From positions 102,486,001-102,550,000 of the forward strand of contig JBITNC010000001.1 of assembly GCA_050084985.1 (NCBI GenBank): a stretch of DNA of 64,000 nucleotides, in the 5' to 3' direction. Origin of the DNA: Nageia nagi. Its lineage: Eukaryota; Plantae; Pinophyta. Below the pieces are notes generated by a model, which did not search any database, had not been told where the DNA came from, and saw only the letters and a list, made by a program, of their open reading frames with translations. The translations under genes and the position numbers were made by a program. Below, one piece after another: positions 24,945 to 36,552 of the stretch (the stretch's first letter is position 1; each line of letters begins with the position of its first letter).

Positions 24945-26613
24945 CCTTTTCATGCTTCTGAGAAAAATGAACACTACAAACAGCATAATTAACTTCAGCA
25001 TAGAGAGGCAAACATGAAAAAGCAGGAAACAGATCCTTTTGATAATTACAGATTAACTCACAACAGCCAATCTCAACACTATACCTTTTAATGTCCTGCT
25101 TGAAATTATATTCTCCCTATAGATTAAATTCATAACAAGAGGTTCAGTTTTAATTTCATCAACAGAAACACCAGCACAAACAACACTCTCAGTATTGAGT
25201 TGAGGAACAACTACATGTCCCAGGTGGTGATTGTTTGAGAAAGGGAACTAATGCAATCTTGAAATAAGTCAAAATAATCGAACAGTAGTAAATAAACATG
25301 GATTTTGTCTTCACTATTAGTATCTTTAACAAATGAAGTCTTTAAATATTCTAACACTGTAAAGATTCTCAGACTCTACTGTAAAATGCTTGGAGGATTC
25401 GAATACCAAAAAGTCTCAGGGACAACACTTGCCGTTAAGGGAAACCCATCACACCCTTCACAGATTCCCCTCATAAAACTCTTTGTCAAAAGATACATGC
25501 ACAATAGACTCAGCCTAATCGTTTCCTCCAACTGTGCTATTATCAATTTCCAAAGGAGTGACGGAAGATTCAACAATGTGGAAGCCTTTTGTTCACCAAC
25601 AATAGAAGATTCAACATCAAAAGCATTAGCATTATAAATAACAGTAGGAACTGGTTTAACTAAGAAACTCCAATAAAATCCTTGTGAGAAATAACAATCA
25701 TCATCATCCATATGCAACAGGTAATCAACCTATCTCAAGCTTCCACTACCTTAGATGAACTGGGTGTCACTGGACAATGAAGAAGGGCCATGTACCAAAT
25801 TTATGCCTGTAACAAGATTGGCACGAGAATAAGGAACTTGATTTTGTGGAACTTGGATAAACATGACATGTAGCAAAATGTGGCAAAAATTATGTTCACC
25901 AACACTTTTTTTTAAAGTGAGGATAAACACCCTTCTTTTTACCAATTGGTGGGGAAGAACTTCGAGAACCCCACGATTTTGGGGCCCACTAAGGAGTTTC
26001 CCTATCCATTCATCGGGGATACTTGACCCTGGGGAACCTGAGAAAAGAAGAGAAGGTGAAGAATATATGACCTGAAGGCCTGATGTTCTACTCAATTGCA
26101 TAGATAAAATTATTTTAAAATAACGACAAAATGAGTGTTAATATCATCAATGGCAAAAGTATAAACATCATTCAATTTCTGTATTGAAGAATAGTATTGA
26201 AACAGTCAAGTAGCATTAAGGTTATAAGCATAGACACTAGTCAGATGCCATATTTAAATTCAATTTCACAAGAATATAAGCATTACTAACATACGCGTTA
26301 TCAAAGATAACAGTCAAGGAGCACATGCCAGATACATATCATCAGACTAAGACTCTAAACCTTTGCTAAGGGTTTGCGTTTCAGATTCATCATACTAGGG
26401 AAAAGCAACAAATCTTGAATATATAAACAGAATTATGACCATTCAATATCATATCATTCCTCACAAGCAACTAAAGCAGAAAAAATCCAATCAATGATGT
26501 TATCTATCAGTCCAAGAAAGAAATGATTGAAAACACGAGCACTGTCACTTATTGCAAAGTTCCAGAATTGTATTGATATGCAACTGGTCTTCTCTTAGTT
26601 TAGAATGGCTTAC

Positions 26614-26687
26614 CTCTTACTTCTAAGGATGAAAATGTCATCTCAGAAACTTGGCTCAGTTTTTCAATGGCAACTCTGATATCTCCT
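26614..26687 (-). CDS. SSR1: Exon 3 of SSR1/NDP1 homologue (GDIRVAIEKLSQVSEMTFSSLEVR)
   Basis: Acceptor ttagtacag and donor AG|GTAAGC. 74 nt, phase 2 to 1, open frame. Resembles recalled GNSSEAIERLEQVMTLTHSSLAIR. Too short for the ORF track. Confidence 0.9.
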
Positions 26688-27057
26688 CTGTACTAACAAC
26701 CCAAATGTTAATTAGAATTTCAAGATACGTAAATCAGAACTACTTTCAGACAAAGATGCAAATTTCACAATGAAATTTTCAATACACTGTTCTTTAAACA
26801 TGAGCTTGTTCATCAATTGAAAGGAATCTAAATTAAAAATATACATGAGAAACAGATATTCAGTAATAAAAGACCCTGAAGGGCATACTCTTATCCAGTA
26901 CCTTATCAGATCTATTTGGTGTACTGCCTTAGCAATTACATTTTAGGGGTTTCACCAGAAGAATATGTACAGGCAGCTATGCAAAAGTTAGATTAATTGT
27001 TAGACTTCAGCCTAAACTCTAGTGCAATTAGATTAGCCTATCTCAGAGGAGAGATCC

Positions 27058-28360
27058 TGTCGAAGGGTGAGAGGCGACCCTTTCACCCTTGCCCAACACA
27101 CTAGGAGACGCCTACATGACACTCACATTCACTCAGAATCCCATCAGATTACATCCTTTTTCAGAGCTGATATGGACACATGTTCCAATGACCAGAGAGA
27201 CCTTACCTCAGTTACAGCAGAGAGAGCACACTCATGCTCTCCCCAGCATGCCCTTGAGCATCTGATATCGACAATGTAGTCCTTCTCACATCTAGGGTTT
27301 TGATCCCCTCCCCCTTCTGTTTGTATCCATTATTACTTTTAGTTCTATTTAGCTTTTTCATGGGACCATTCTGAGCCCCAAATTGCTATTACACCTCTTT
27401 TGTATTTTTCAGTTCCATCGACTGCTTTTGATCTGTAATGTTCCATTTTTATAGTCGTTCCTTTTTAGGAGTGATTTGAGAGAGAGTCGTATTTTTGATG
27501 AATTCTTATGCATAAAGTAATCTCGGAATAGGAGATTTGTGGGTCGAACGGACCAATTGTGAGCCTCAAAGTGGGACGTCTCCCTCCTTGAGCTAGTTAG
27601 GCATGATTACTAATGTTATATTTCATTGTTGAGATCCCAAGGCAAGATTGTAATGATTCCAAGGTCAACCTATGTGTTTGAATGTTGGCGCCAAGCTAGG
27701 GAGACGTCTAGCTATATATATGGTTGGCGCAGCATTATGAAGGCATCTTTAGCATATTTGATACTGATCTCTTTGGAGTTTGGCGTGGAGTCAGCTCTAG
27801 CCTCTTGATGGACAAAAACCAAGCAAGAGAAGGGTTTAGTGGGATGAAAACCTCACTAGATCAAGGCTAAGGATGAAAACCCTTAGTCTCTTGGTGACAT
27901 CACTTCTCCTTCGATATTCAAGCATTGGGAGGAGCCCTTGGGTGAAGCGTCCAAGGTCGGAGGGAGTGTTGTTACAGTTCTAGCATTCAGATCTGGGTGT
28001 GTGAGACCTTAGCAGTGTGATGTCAGCCTTCTTGGTGCAATTGAGCATCAGATCTGGTCCCTAGAGCCAGCCCATTGGGCCATCATTGCATCGTAATTGG
28101 ATCACCATTGATACATTTTGCTATTTGGTGCTTGGATCTCTCATTTTGGATTGTGGTGTTGCATTTTCTGTTATATTTCAGATCTCATCCGGTTAATTAA
28201 TTATTGCACAAGTCATTTGGTATTTTTGCTTGATAATTTGGAAACATCACATCGTCACCCATGGACATTAATATATTTTCTTTCTATGGGGGTTGTCTAA
28301 TCTAGGAAAAGGGAGTGGGTTAAAAGAGGATTGGAAAAGGAGACAGGAAAGTGGTCAACA
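27058..28360 (+). mobile_element. Probable solo LTR (1.3 kb) in intron 2
   Basis: TGTCGA...TCAACA termini and an internal ctatatata TATA near 27712. Flanks gatcc/gatag are a 3/5 TSD match only. Confidence 0.55.
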
Positions 28361-29559
28361 GATAGTGTATTAGGGTCTATATTAAGATCAAATAAACTGT
28401 TAACAAATAATAACCCTTCATGTTAAATTGTTATGGTACTGGAGTAAATATCTCTAACTAAAAATGAAATGTTCAATAATATAATAATGGCAACTTTAAG
28501 TGTTTTTTACTTATTTATCAATATGGTGTTTAGGGACTGAGTTTTTATATATGTGTCACATGTATATGTATGTTTACATACATACACACATGCATAAATA
28601 TATATGCATACACAAATACATATATATATAAAATCCTTTACAACTTAGAGTAAGTACAAATATTTGTTTGTGTATGTTTGTGTGTAGAATAGCTGAGAGA
28701 AGACAATTCTTTAGCAAAGCGCATCCTAGCTTGGACAAGTGAAGCTTCATCAAGCCTTCATTGATCAGTATCCTAGGTAATGGAGAACCTAAAGCAACTT
28801 TTTAAAAACTTGGCAAAAAATCGCAAGTTTTTGAAAAATTTACAACAAAAACTCAGAAAAGTTGATGAATACCTTAAATATAAAAGTTTTCTCACTGTTA
28901 CTCGGCAAAGTCACAGAATTTCGTATCTATAGTTATTAGAAGGCAGATTTTGATGGGACCCTGTTAAGAGCCCACCTTAACCCTACTAGTTAAACTTCAC
29001 AATAATTAACAAGAGAGATATGCAACAGTTCTGACTGTTTAAATGGAATGTTCAAACTGCAACAAATATTCTGAATTGAAACTAACTGAAGTTGAAGAGC
29101 CACCATAGCAAACAGAAATTTGAGAAGTCAAAAGATAGAAAAAATATGACTTCTAATCAAAGAATTCAGCACAAAATGGAAGAACCGAAATGACAAAAAC
29201 CCTAAGGGCTGGACCTAAATCTTTCAACAGAAACTAAATCAAGAACTGGAAATAAAAAAAAAAATTGGCCTTTCATCTTCAAACTAAATAACAAATCTTA
29301 GGACACAAGAAGCCAAACAGAACTATATCTTTATCTAAAATAACAAAATGAAAAAAAAAAAATACATTCCTAAGAAAATATGCGCTCCAAGTTAAGCTAA
29401 TAACTATCTAAGGGCAGTATGAATGTTGCACTTGGCCAAGACAATTAATCTTTCTTGTGACTAGTCTTCATCATGACTATCAATGGCACATACATACCAA
29501 TAAATCATATTCTATTCTAAGGTATATAGGGCATTTTATAGTTTTTTTTTTCTGCCTTC

Positions 29560-29850
29560 TTATCTTTTAAATGTGGAATAAATAGCGTAAGATTACTTTA
29601 TACCTTTAACATAACTTAATGTAACTTCCTCCTTTTTGGAAAATTTATAAAACATAGTAACAGTAATGTAAGTTATTCTAATAACAATTTTATCAACTCT
29701 GCCCCTAAATACCCCTTGTAAAACACAGTTAACCCTAACAAAACTTTCCTAAACAAGTCCATAAGAATATAACATGGAAAGAAAAGGTTTAGAACAGTCA
29801 CCCCTCCTCAAATTGCTTAGCCCTCAAAGCAATCCCTTTCCCTCTATGTG
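29560..29850 (-). mobile_element. 3' end (PPT plus LTR start) of a decayed chromovirus-like element
   Basis: Minus strand ttgagggctaagcaatttgaggaggggtgac|tgttct mirrors the ttaaggacaagcaatttgggggg end at 16966-16990. The LTR part is similar to 31870-32015. Confidence 0.55.
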
Positions 29851-30597
29851 GTGGAAACATTAGAAATATCTTGCTAAACATGCCCAACAGAATTTTCATC
29901 ATAGACTGTCATCTCCCTTGTCCCTGTCCAGTCATTGAATATTGGTGCATACATTTACATGCATGGCTACCTTGAAATGGATTAGGTGAAATTTAGTGAT
30001 TTTGTCTCAAACCAAAAGATAATAATTGAATCCACAGTCAAAAAATTGATGTATGCATCTGTCCTTAGTGTGTTTTCTTCCCCTCAGTGGATGTTTTTTG
30101 ATTTGTGGTTTTAGCCAACTTTCTCAAGGTGCATTCTTGGTCTCCGTACAGGGTGGGAAACCCAAGGTCAACCCCTATTCCATTTAAGAAAAGAAGAAAC
30201 GTGTAGAAAATATAAAATACATTTGTCGAACATCTCATTCTTCAAGCCAGTAAGTAGTTGAATGAATCACATTTTGCTTCTCAAAAATTACTCATGATCT
30301 AGATGTGAACAAATTTTCAAATATTACTCCTTAAAATTTACCAAAACTTGGTTCTGATTTTCAATAATGCTAAAACATGGTTAGAAAAAGCATGAAATAC
30401 AAAAAGGCAATTCACTGGGCTATCAACATATTTTTAGGAGGATATTTGACAAAAGTGTGGAAGCTAACTAGGTTGTTATTATGGATGATCTAAAATGGTA
30501 TCATGATCATTCTTTGTCCATTTATAACCTGTATCCTGAAAACATGGACAAAAACACTGGCAATCAGGTTTCAAAATCTCATTTTCCAAGATCTCAC

Positions 30598-30724
30598 CTA
30601 TCTGTATTTAGTGTTGCCATTGCAAGTAACAACCTCCCTGCAGCATTGGAGGTTGATTTATCAGCTCCTTGGTAGATTGAGAGGCCATGCTCTAATACAC
30701 GCAGTGCCTCTTGATATGATGTGG
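30598..30724 (-). CDS. SSR1: Exon 2 of SSR1/NDP1 homologue (ATSYQEALRVLEHGLSIYQGADKSTSNAAGRLLLAMATLNTDR)
   Basis: Acceptor tttgtgtgcaaag and donor AG|GTGAGA. 127 nt, phase 1 to 2, joins exon 1 in frame. Resembles recalled ESYAQGMLVLEQCL...VLLAMSDLLYE. Confidence 0.9.
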
Positions 30725-31859
30725 CTTTGCACACAAAAACCATAGTATTAGTAGAAGTTTCAATCAAGAAAAACAAAGGTTGCCAAGTACAAAGCATTCT
30801 GCAAATAAAAAATACCTCAATCAAGGAAATAATTTTTACTTCACCATATAAAAGATAAGTGAATTGCATTATGGTCTACATTAGATTAAAGCTATTCTTC
30901 CACATATACTGTCATTTGCTCAAAAGCCATCAATGGCAATCGGATACTTCCCTCCCCCAGTTAACAGTATGTCAGCCCTCTATACAGTAATTTGATATCG
31001 GTAAAAATCGTCCTTTGAATGATATCAGGACCAAAGAATAAATAATGCATCCTATTAGAAATGAAGCATGCAAAAAGTGTAATAAGCAATGGGTTCAAAA
31101 CAGAGTTACAATAAAAAAAATCATTTCACACACTCTTTACAATATGCAACAGATAAATTATGGTTAAAACATTTGAACCAATTATATGGAACATCTTGAT
31201 AGTGTTTGTTTTCAATAAATGGAAAATGATCAAATCACTGAACCATTTGACATTCGGACAAACCAACATCCCTTACAGACACCATTGTTTCTTTATATAT
31301 TCCTGCAATGGTGAAAACCCAGTATGCTTCAAGAAATCAAAAAGTAGCCTTGATGGATGGTACTTCGGTTGTTGTTTTCTAGCTTTTTTCAGGATAGACG
31401 AAATAGATTTGTTTCATGTAATTTAGCACAGGATACAGTACTAAAAAAGTCAACTGCATCTGCCTTTCTGGAGAATGTATGACAGTAAATTGCAACATCC
31501 ACATTTAAACAAATGTTCCAAGAAATTAAATTGTCAACATGATCTTACATTCAAAAAGACCCTACAGACCAAAAAAATAAGCAGCTAACAAGACCAAAGA
31601 TTCCTGAATGACTGTCCTCTCCATAGAAAAGATGCTATATTTGTTCACGAAGTGACAAAGCTATTTCTTCAGGGCTATTCTTGGAAATAAGAATTGGAAT
31701 AAGCATTAATGATATACATTGTTCAAGACTGCAGGACAAATCAGTCAAGATGTATCAAAAGCAACATAACGACAAGGATCCATTTAATTGATTTTTCCAG
31801 AAACAATGCAAGAGGTGACAAAAAAGTAAAACTCTTTCTTTTCGAAAACTTTAAAAGAC

Positions 31860-34535
31860 ATACTAACACTAATTTAAGTTACTCTATATAACTGCGTTAT
31901 TAAATCCACCCCTAAATACTCCCTAAACACACTTAACCCTAACAAATGTTTTCTTAAATGAAGCTCCATAAAAATATAACATATGAACAAAAAGGTTCAT
32001 AACATTCAGTCACTATCCTAAAAAGACCCAATTGTCCCACTTGTGCCAATATTCCCATCCTCGTACAAACAGTTGCAAGCCTTTACAAGAAGATGTCTTT
32101 GAATTATTGCGTAACCCACAACAATGAAACTTGAAAGGCATGGTTAAGGGGAGGTGGTCGGTGGCTTCCCAATTTATCAAACCCAATGGAGAGTCTGAAT
32201 TTAACTTTCATAAATACCGCCAATACCAAATTATCGAACCCAATGCAGGGTCTGTAGCTCCTCCCATCTCTTCTTGTGGCTTGGGGCAAATGCTATGTGC
32301 CCTCACGATTGATTAGATCCTATAGATCCTTCTCCTTCAATTTGTGGTCGCTTCTCATCCTTTGGTTGTTGGGGTAGCTAGATTCATCAATGCACCATGG
32401 AATCAAGGACTTTGTTTGCGAAATTGGGCCCCACCTAGGGTCCACATCATCCTTGTTGACTTTGCTCCTCAAAGCAACCAACACAAGTGTCACACAAACA
32501 CATCATGCACTCATCGTGATGCTTACACTTCATTGTTATTGTCCCACAAAGCTCGGACTTCTCAACATCCATTGACTTGGCATCTAGATCCTTCCCAAGT
32601 CTTCTTCAACATAACATGTCGACAACTTTGCCAGGTCTCTTTCACCCTAGCTACTCTCGCTCTAGCACCTTTCGATTAGATGCGATCAACAATGTGCCCT
32701 CTACACATGCAAGCTACTTCCCAACCTTCATCTTATTGGTCCACATCCAATACTCACGTGTGGTCATTCTACCACCTCATCCAATTGGCAGGCCTAGGAT
32801 AACTAGTCTCTTGACAAAATTCTTTGCGTCATCCTTTGTCTTCCAACTCGTTAGTCAATCTTCACCATGTCACTCCTTGTGGTCTACGTGGAAGTCTCCT
32901 TTCCTTATTCCAAAACATTTCTCTTCCTCTGATCTTCCATTCTTCATGATTTCTTCAATATCTCCCATCTTTCTAAATTCTCTCTCACATATAGATTTCT
33001 ACTTTTCTACCATTTCTCTTTTTACCAAATTTCTCACTTTCAAACTCCCTCTTTTGGTTGCTTTCCTCTTCTTCGGACTCTCTCTTTTTGGATCTCTCTC
33101 TATATATTTCATACTTTTTTTCCTCTAGTCTCCCTTTTTGAGCTTTTGGTTTCCCAATTCTTCTATTATTTCAAGATTTACTATCCTTTCAGGATCCTCC
33201 TCTAGGATTTGCTCTTTGTTGTCCTACCAAACTTCTTTTGTTTGGAATTCTCTTCTCACTTCTTCCTCCTTCGACTTCTTTATCTAGATTAACTTCCTCG
33301 AGCTTCTCTTTACTTCCCAAATTTCATCTTTCACCACAACTTGCTGCCTACTACTTCTCCTTCCCAATCATGGTTGCACTAAAACCATGGATTCCCTTGC
33401 ATCAAACAATCAAGGTTGATTTGAGAAATGTGTGTCCTTGCTCACATGCTTAATAAAAATAAATTTTTCATTTTACATCATCAATGCTTACAATCAATCT
33501 TCCTACTCATTTTGTCCTCATCTTTCAGCTTTTGTGAGCTGCAACTCAACTTCCTCTGACAAGCTTCAAACTTTCACCTCTTTGACATCATGGCCATCCT
33601 CAAATGGTCCCTTCTCCATAGCTATCTGTCCAATACCTACGAGCAAATTCCTCCTCAGGAGAGGACATCATTCTTCGTCTCTTGTTGAACAAACTTCACC
33701 TCACTGCCAACAATCTCCAATTGGCCTACATGCTCTTCAAGCTCTCGAGCATCCACATAATTACCCATGGACTCAATTGCTCCCTTCAAGAGAATCTTTA
33801 TCTCTTTTTTTCCCTTAGCCTTCATGGCTTTGTTGAACAATTCCATTGCCTCTACCAAAATAATCACCTTTAGATTAATCTTCATCATGATCTCCCCCAA
33901 GAGATCATCCTCCATCATCAAGGTGTATTCATCATCATCCTCTACAATTTGTTGTTCCATGCATATTCCTTCTTCAAGCATGCAAACTTCACACTCAACA
34001 TCTTTGCATTCATCTTTGGCCATTGGTTCCTCAACAACTTCAGGGCCATTAGGGTTCTCACAACCCATCTCCTCATACACTAAGGTCTCCTAGAAGATCT
34101 CATCCATTGCCAGTGGGTCCGCTTCATCATTTGCTCTTTGAGCAAGCTTTCTTCAACTCCCTCTTCCTTCGATCAGCTTTCCTCCTCTAGCATGCACTCC
34201 ATGATATGCATCTCATCTTTCAACAAACTCTCTCTGAATTCTTCATACATAGTCCCCCTCCAGGCACTCACACGTAATGCTCTTCATTGCTCCCTCTTCT
34301 TTTTCCTTTTCTCCTTCTCATTCTCTTTGCCGCTCGAGGACCTCCTCTTTAGCTCATGATCTCAATTTCCATCATCTTCTTGCAACTTCTTGAAATCTCT
34401 GGACAATTCCTTCTCGATATGCTCTACATCACCAAATTCTATAACTACTAACTAGATTGCATCACCAACTTCATAGCTTCTCTCATCTTTTCTTGTGGCT
34501 CAAGGTAGATCCTATGTGCGGTCATGATCAGACAC
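31860..34535 (-). mobile_element. Heavily decayed LTR-retroelement-like remnant in intron 1
   Basis: 31870-32015 is similar to 29670-29800. Purine-rich minus strand with acidic low-complexity pseudo-ORFs (33655-34080). No diagnostic pol motif. Confidence 0.45.
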
Positions 34536-35193
34536 ATATTTCCTAATATTCATCAACTGAAAGAGCACTTCGTTGGATACGTTTTCACTTGTATCCCTTA
34601 AGAGAGAAACAAAGTGATTGATTTGATGGCGAATTGAATTATTGGTCATTCACGTAGGCTTATGGGCCCATCCTGCTTTCGTGGCCCATAGAATTCAAAA
34701 TTAAAACAGGATAATTGATTTCTAATGATTGTGGTGTGGGTATATGAATAGGATTACCATTGAATGTCTGTTGCAAATATTATCCCATAAGAATAGAGTG
34801 TTTGGGCCATTTTGATGGCTGCCATTGAAGTGTGGCTGGTTAATTGTTACGAGTGTTCTGTATGAAATCCATGTGAAAGTATAATATTACATGCCCTACA
34901 CGCTTGGGAAGGGTGACTACTTTCATGTAATATTTTTTTAATATAAATTAGACCTTTTTTTTGGCGCACGGAAGAAAAAAAGTTGTCATGAAGTCCAAGT
35001 CTTACTATGAAACGAAATAAAAAAACCCTGAATGAGACAGGTAACTCTAAATCGTGGAAGTCATGACCCAGTTTATAAGAACAAGATTTGCAAATGGAGC
35101 AACGGATCCATATTGCAAGGAAATAAATAACAACAACAATTGATTTCAACTTCAAAAAGAAGCCTAAAAATGCATAAATAAAGGAATGGGTAC

Positions 35194-35383
35194 CATTTGA
35201 AGAGCGTGAATGATGGCGAGCATAATTAATCATTTCGGTGGCCGTAGCATCTGCGGAAGAGGTGGTGGTGGTGGTGGTTCCCAAGAGGCGTGTTGCTGCT
35301 GATTTAGTTTGAAGTAGATGCGTTGGGCATATGCATTTGGTCGCTCGTCTTGACGCTACAATAACTGCAATTCTAGCTGCCAT
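35194..35383 (-). CDS. SSR1: Exon 1 of a mitochondrial TPR-like protein, SSR1/NDP1 (At5g02130) homologue. Includes the presequence: MAARIAVIVASRRATK...ATEMINYARHHSRSSN
   Basis: ATG at 35383; R/S/T/A-rich, acid-poor N-terminus typical of a mitochondrial presequence. EMINYARHHSRS resembles the recalled Arabidopsis motif QMINYALSHARS. Donor G|GTACCC at 35194/35193, phase 1. A further in-frame ATG lies at 35464. Confidence 0.85.
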
Positions 35384-35596
35384 TGGAAATGGAAATGGAA
35401 CTCTATTTGTGTTGCCCCTCCAGCTGATGATTCTCAGGATGTGTAAACAAATAGCATGAAACATGCGATCTTGCAGTTTGAGATACAGAAGCCAGTAGAG
35501 AAGGGAACCGAATTCTGTTTACTAGCATAGTTGCCATTTTAATACAGGTGTTTGAAGTTCAATGAAAGCAAACATTGTGAATACCAAGTTAGAGGT

Positions 35597-36552
35597 AACT
35601 TAGGGTTTAGAAAATTGTGTTTCATGTCAATTCATTCTAAGGAGTTCACAGAGAAAGTGGATATGAAAATTAAGAGAGAACATAGTTTAAAATTTTCTTT
35701 TTCTTATATGTATTTTTATGATGTGTTATAAGATGATTTTTTTGTTGGAGTTTTTGTTCCTTATACAAGACATCATGAACTTATAAGTTTTGAGTTGCGA
35801 TGAGGGGCATCATGTTATCAAAATCTATTGGATGCACGATCTTCGTCTTATTCGCATCTACCAACAACTCGATAGGATTATATGCGAGTTTCAATTTTTA
35901 AGGGCATAGAGTTTTGAACATGGACCTCCCATATCTGAGAGTTTTGAACTACCAATCTCTCCAACTTCCTTATTCGTCAATTCATTTATAAGATGACTTT
36001 GATGGAAAAAAACCCTTTGTACATGAAATCTAATTCGATAATTGAAATGTATAAATCTATAAGGATAGGTTACTAAGAAAAAAACAAAAATTATTTCTCA
36101 AGGTATGTGAGGGAGAGATTTAAACCATTTGAAGATTTATTTGTACCATATTTGACATGTTTTTCATACTACATTTCAAATGGATATAATTTTTTTTAAC
36201 TTAGGGGTTTATATAGAAAATTTTTGTTTCATGTCAACTCATGTTAGGGGAATGAGAGAGAAGATACTTGTGAGAGAAAGTGGATGTGAAAATTAAGAGA
36301 GATCCAAAGCTCTATATTCTTCCCTCCTCACATGTATGTTTGTGAGATGTTATAAGGCAATTTTGATAGAAGAGAACCCTTCATACATGAAATCTAATTC
36401 GAAGGTATAAATCTGCAAGGATAGACTACCAACAAAAAAATAAAAAATGTTTTTCAAGGTATGTGAAGGAGAGATTTAAACCATGTCAAGATTTGTTTGC
36501 CTTGCATTTGATATGTTTTTCATACTACATTTCAAATGGATACAAATTTTTT
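35597..36552. repeat. Two diverged ~350-bp tandem blocks immediately upstream of the gene (putative promoter region)
   Basis: aacttaggg..tttcatgtcaa..gagaaagtgga..acatgaaatctaattcga..catactacatttcaaatggata occurs at 35597-36197 (with the SINE inside) and at 36198-36552. Confidence 0.85.
35737..35985 (-). mobile_element. tRNA-derived SINE-like insertion
   Basis: 11-bp TSD ttataagatga at 35726-35736 and 35986-35996, with a T-run at the left end (A-tail on minus). Minus-strand A-box-like tggagagattgg and B-box-like tgttcaaaactc about 30 bp apart. Absent from the second block. Confidence 0.7.

Noticed and set aside
25305-26101. Four overlapping 70-116 aa ORFs on both strands
   Set aside because: No recognisable domain, intronic location, and no phase-compatible role in the host gene.
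26440-26470. Alternative exon 4 just after exon 3 (tttag|TTGCTTGTGAG)
   Set aside because: It reads VACEE then stop. The 6942-6988 exon fits the phase and the homology.
32104-34359. Cluster of S/F/L-rich plus-strand ORFs up to 183 aa
   Set aside because: They are a by-product of a pyrimidine-rich strand antisense to a decayed repeat, with no coding signature.
34847-35464. 205-aa ORF as a complete single-exon gene
   Set aside because: Similarity ends at the GT donor at 35193. The remainder is intron read-through, and exon 2 continues the protein in phase.
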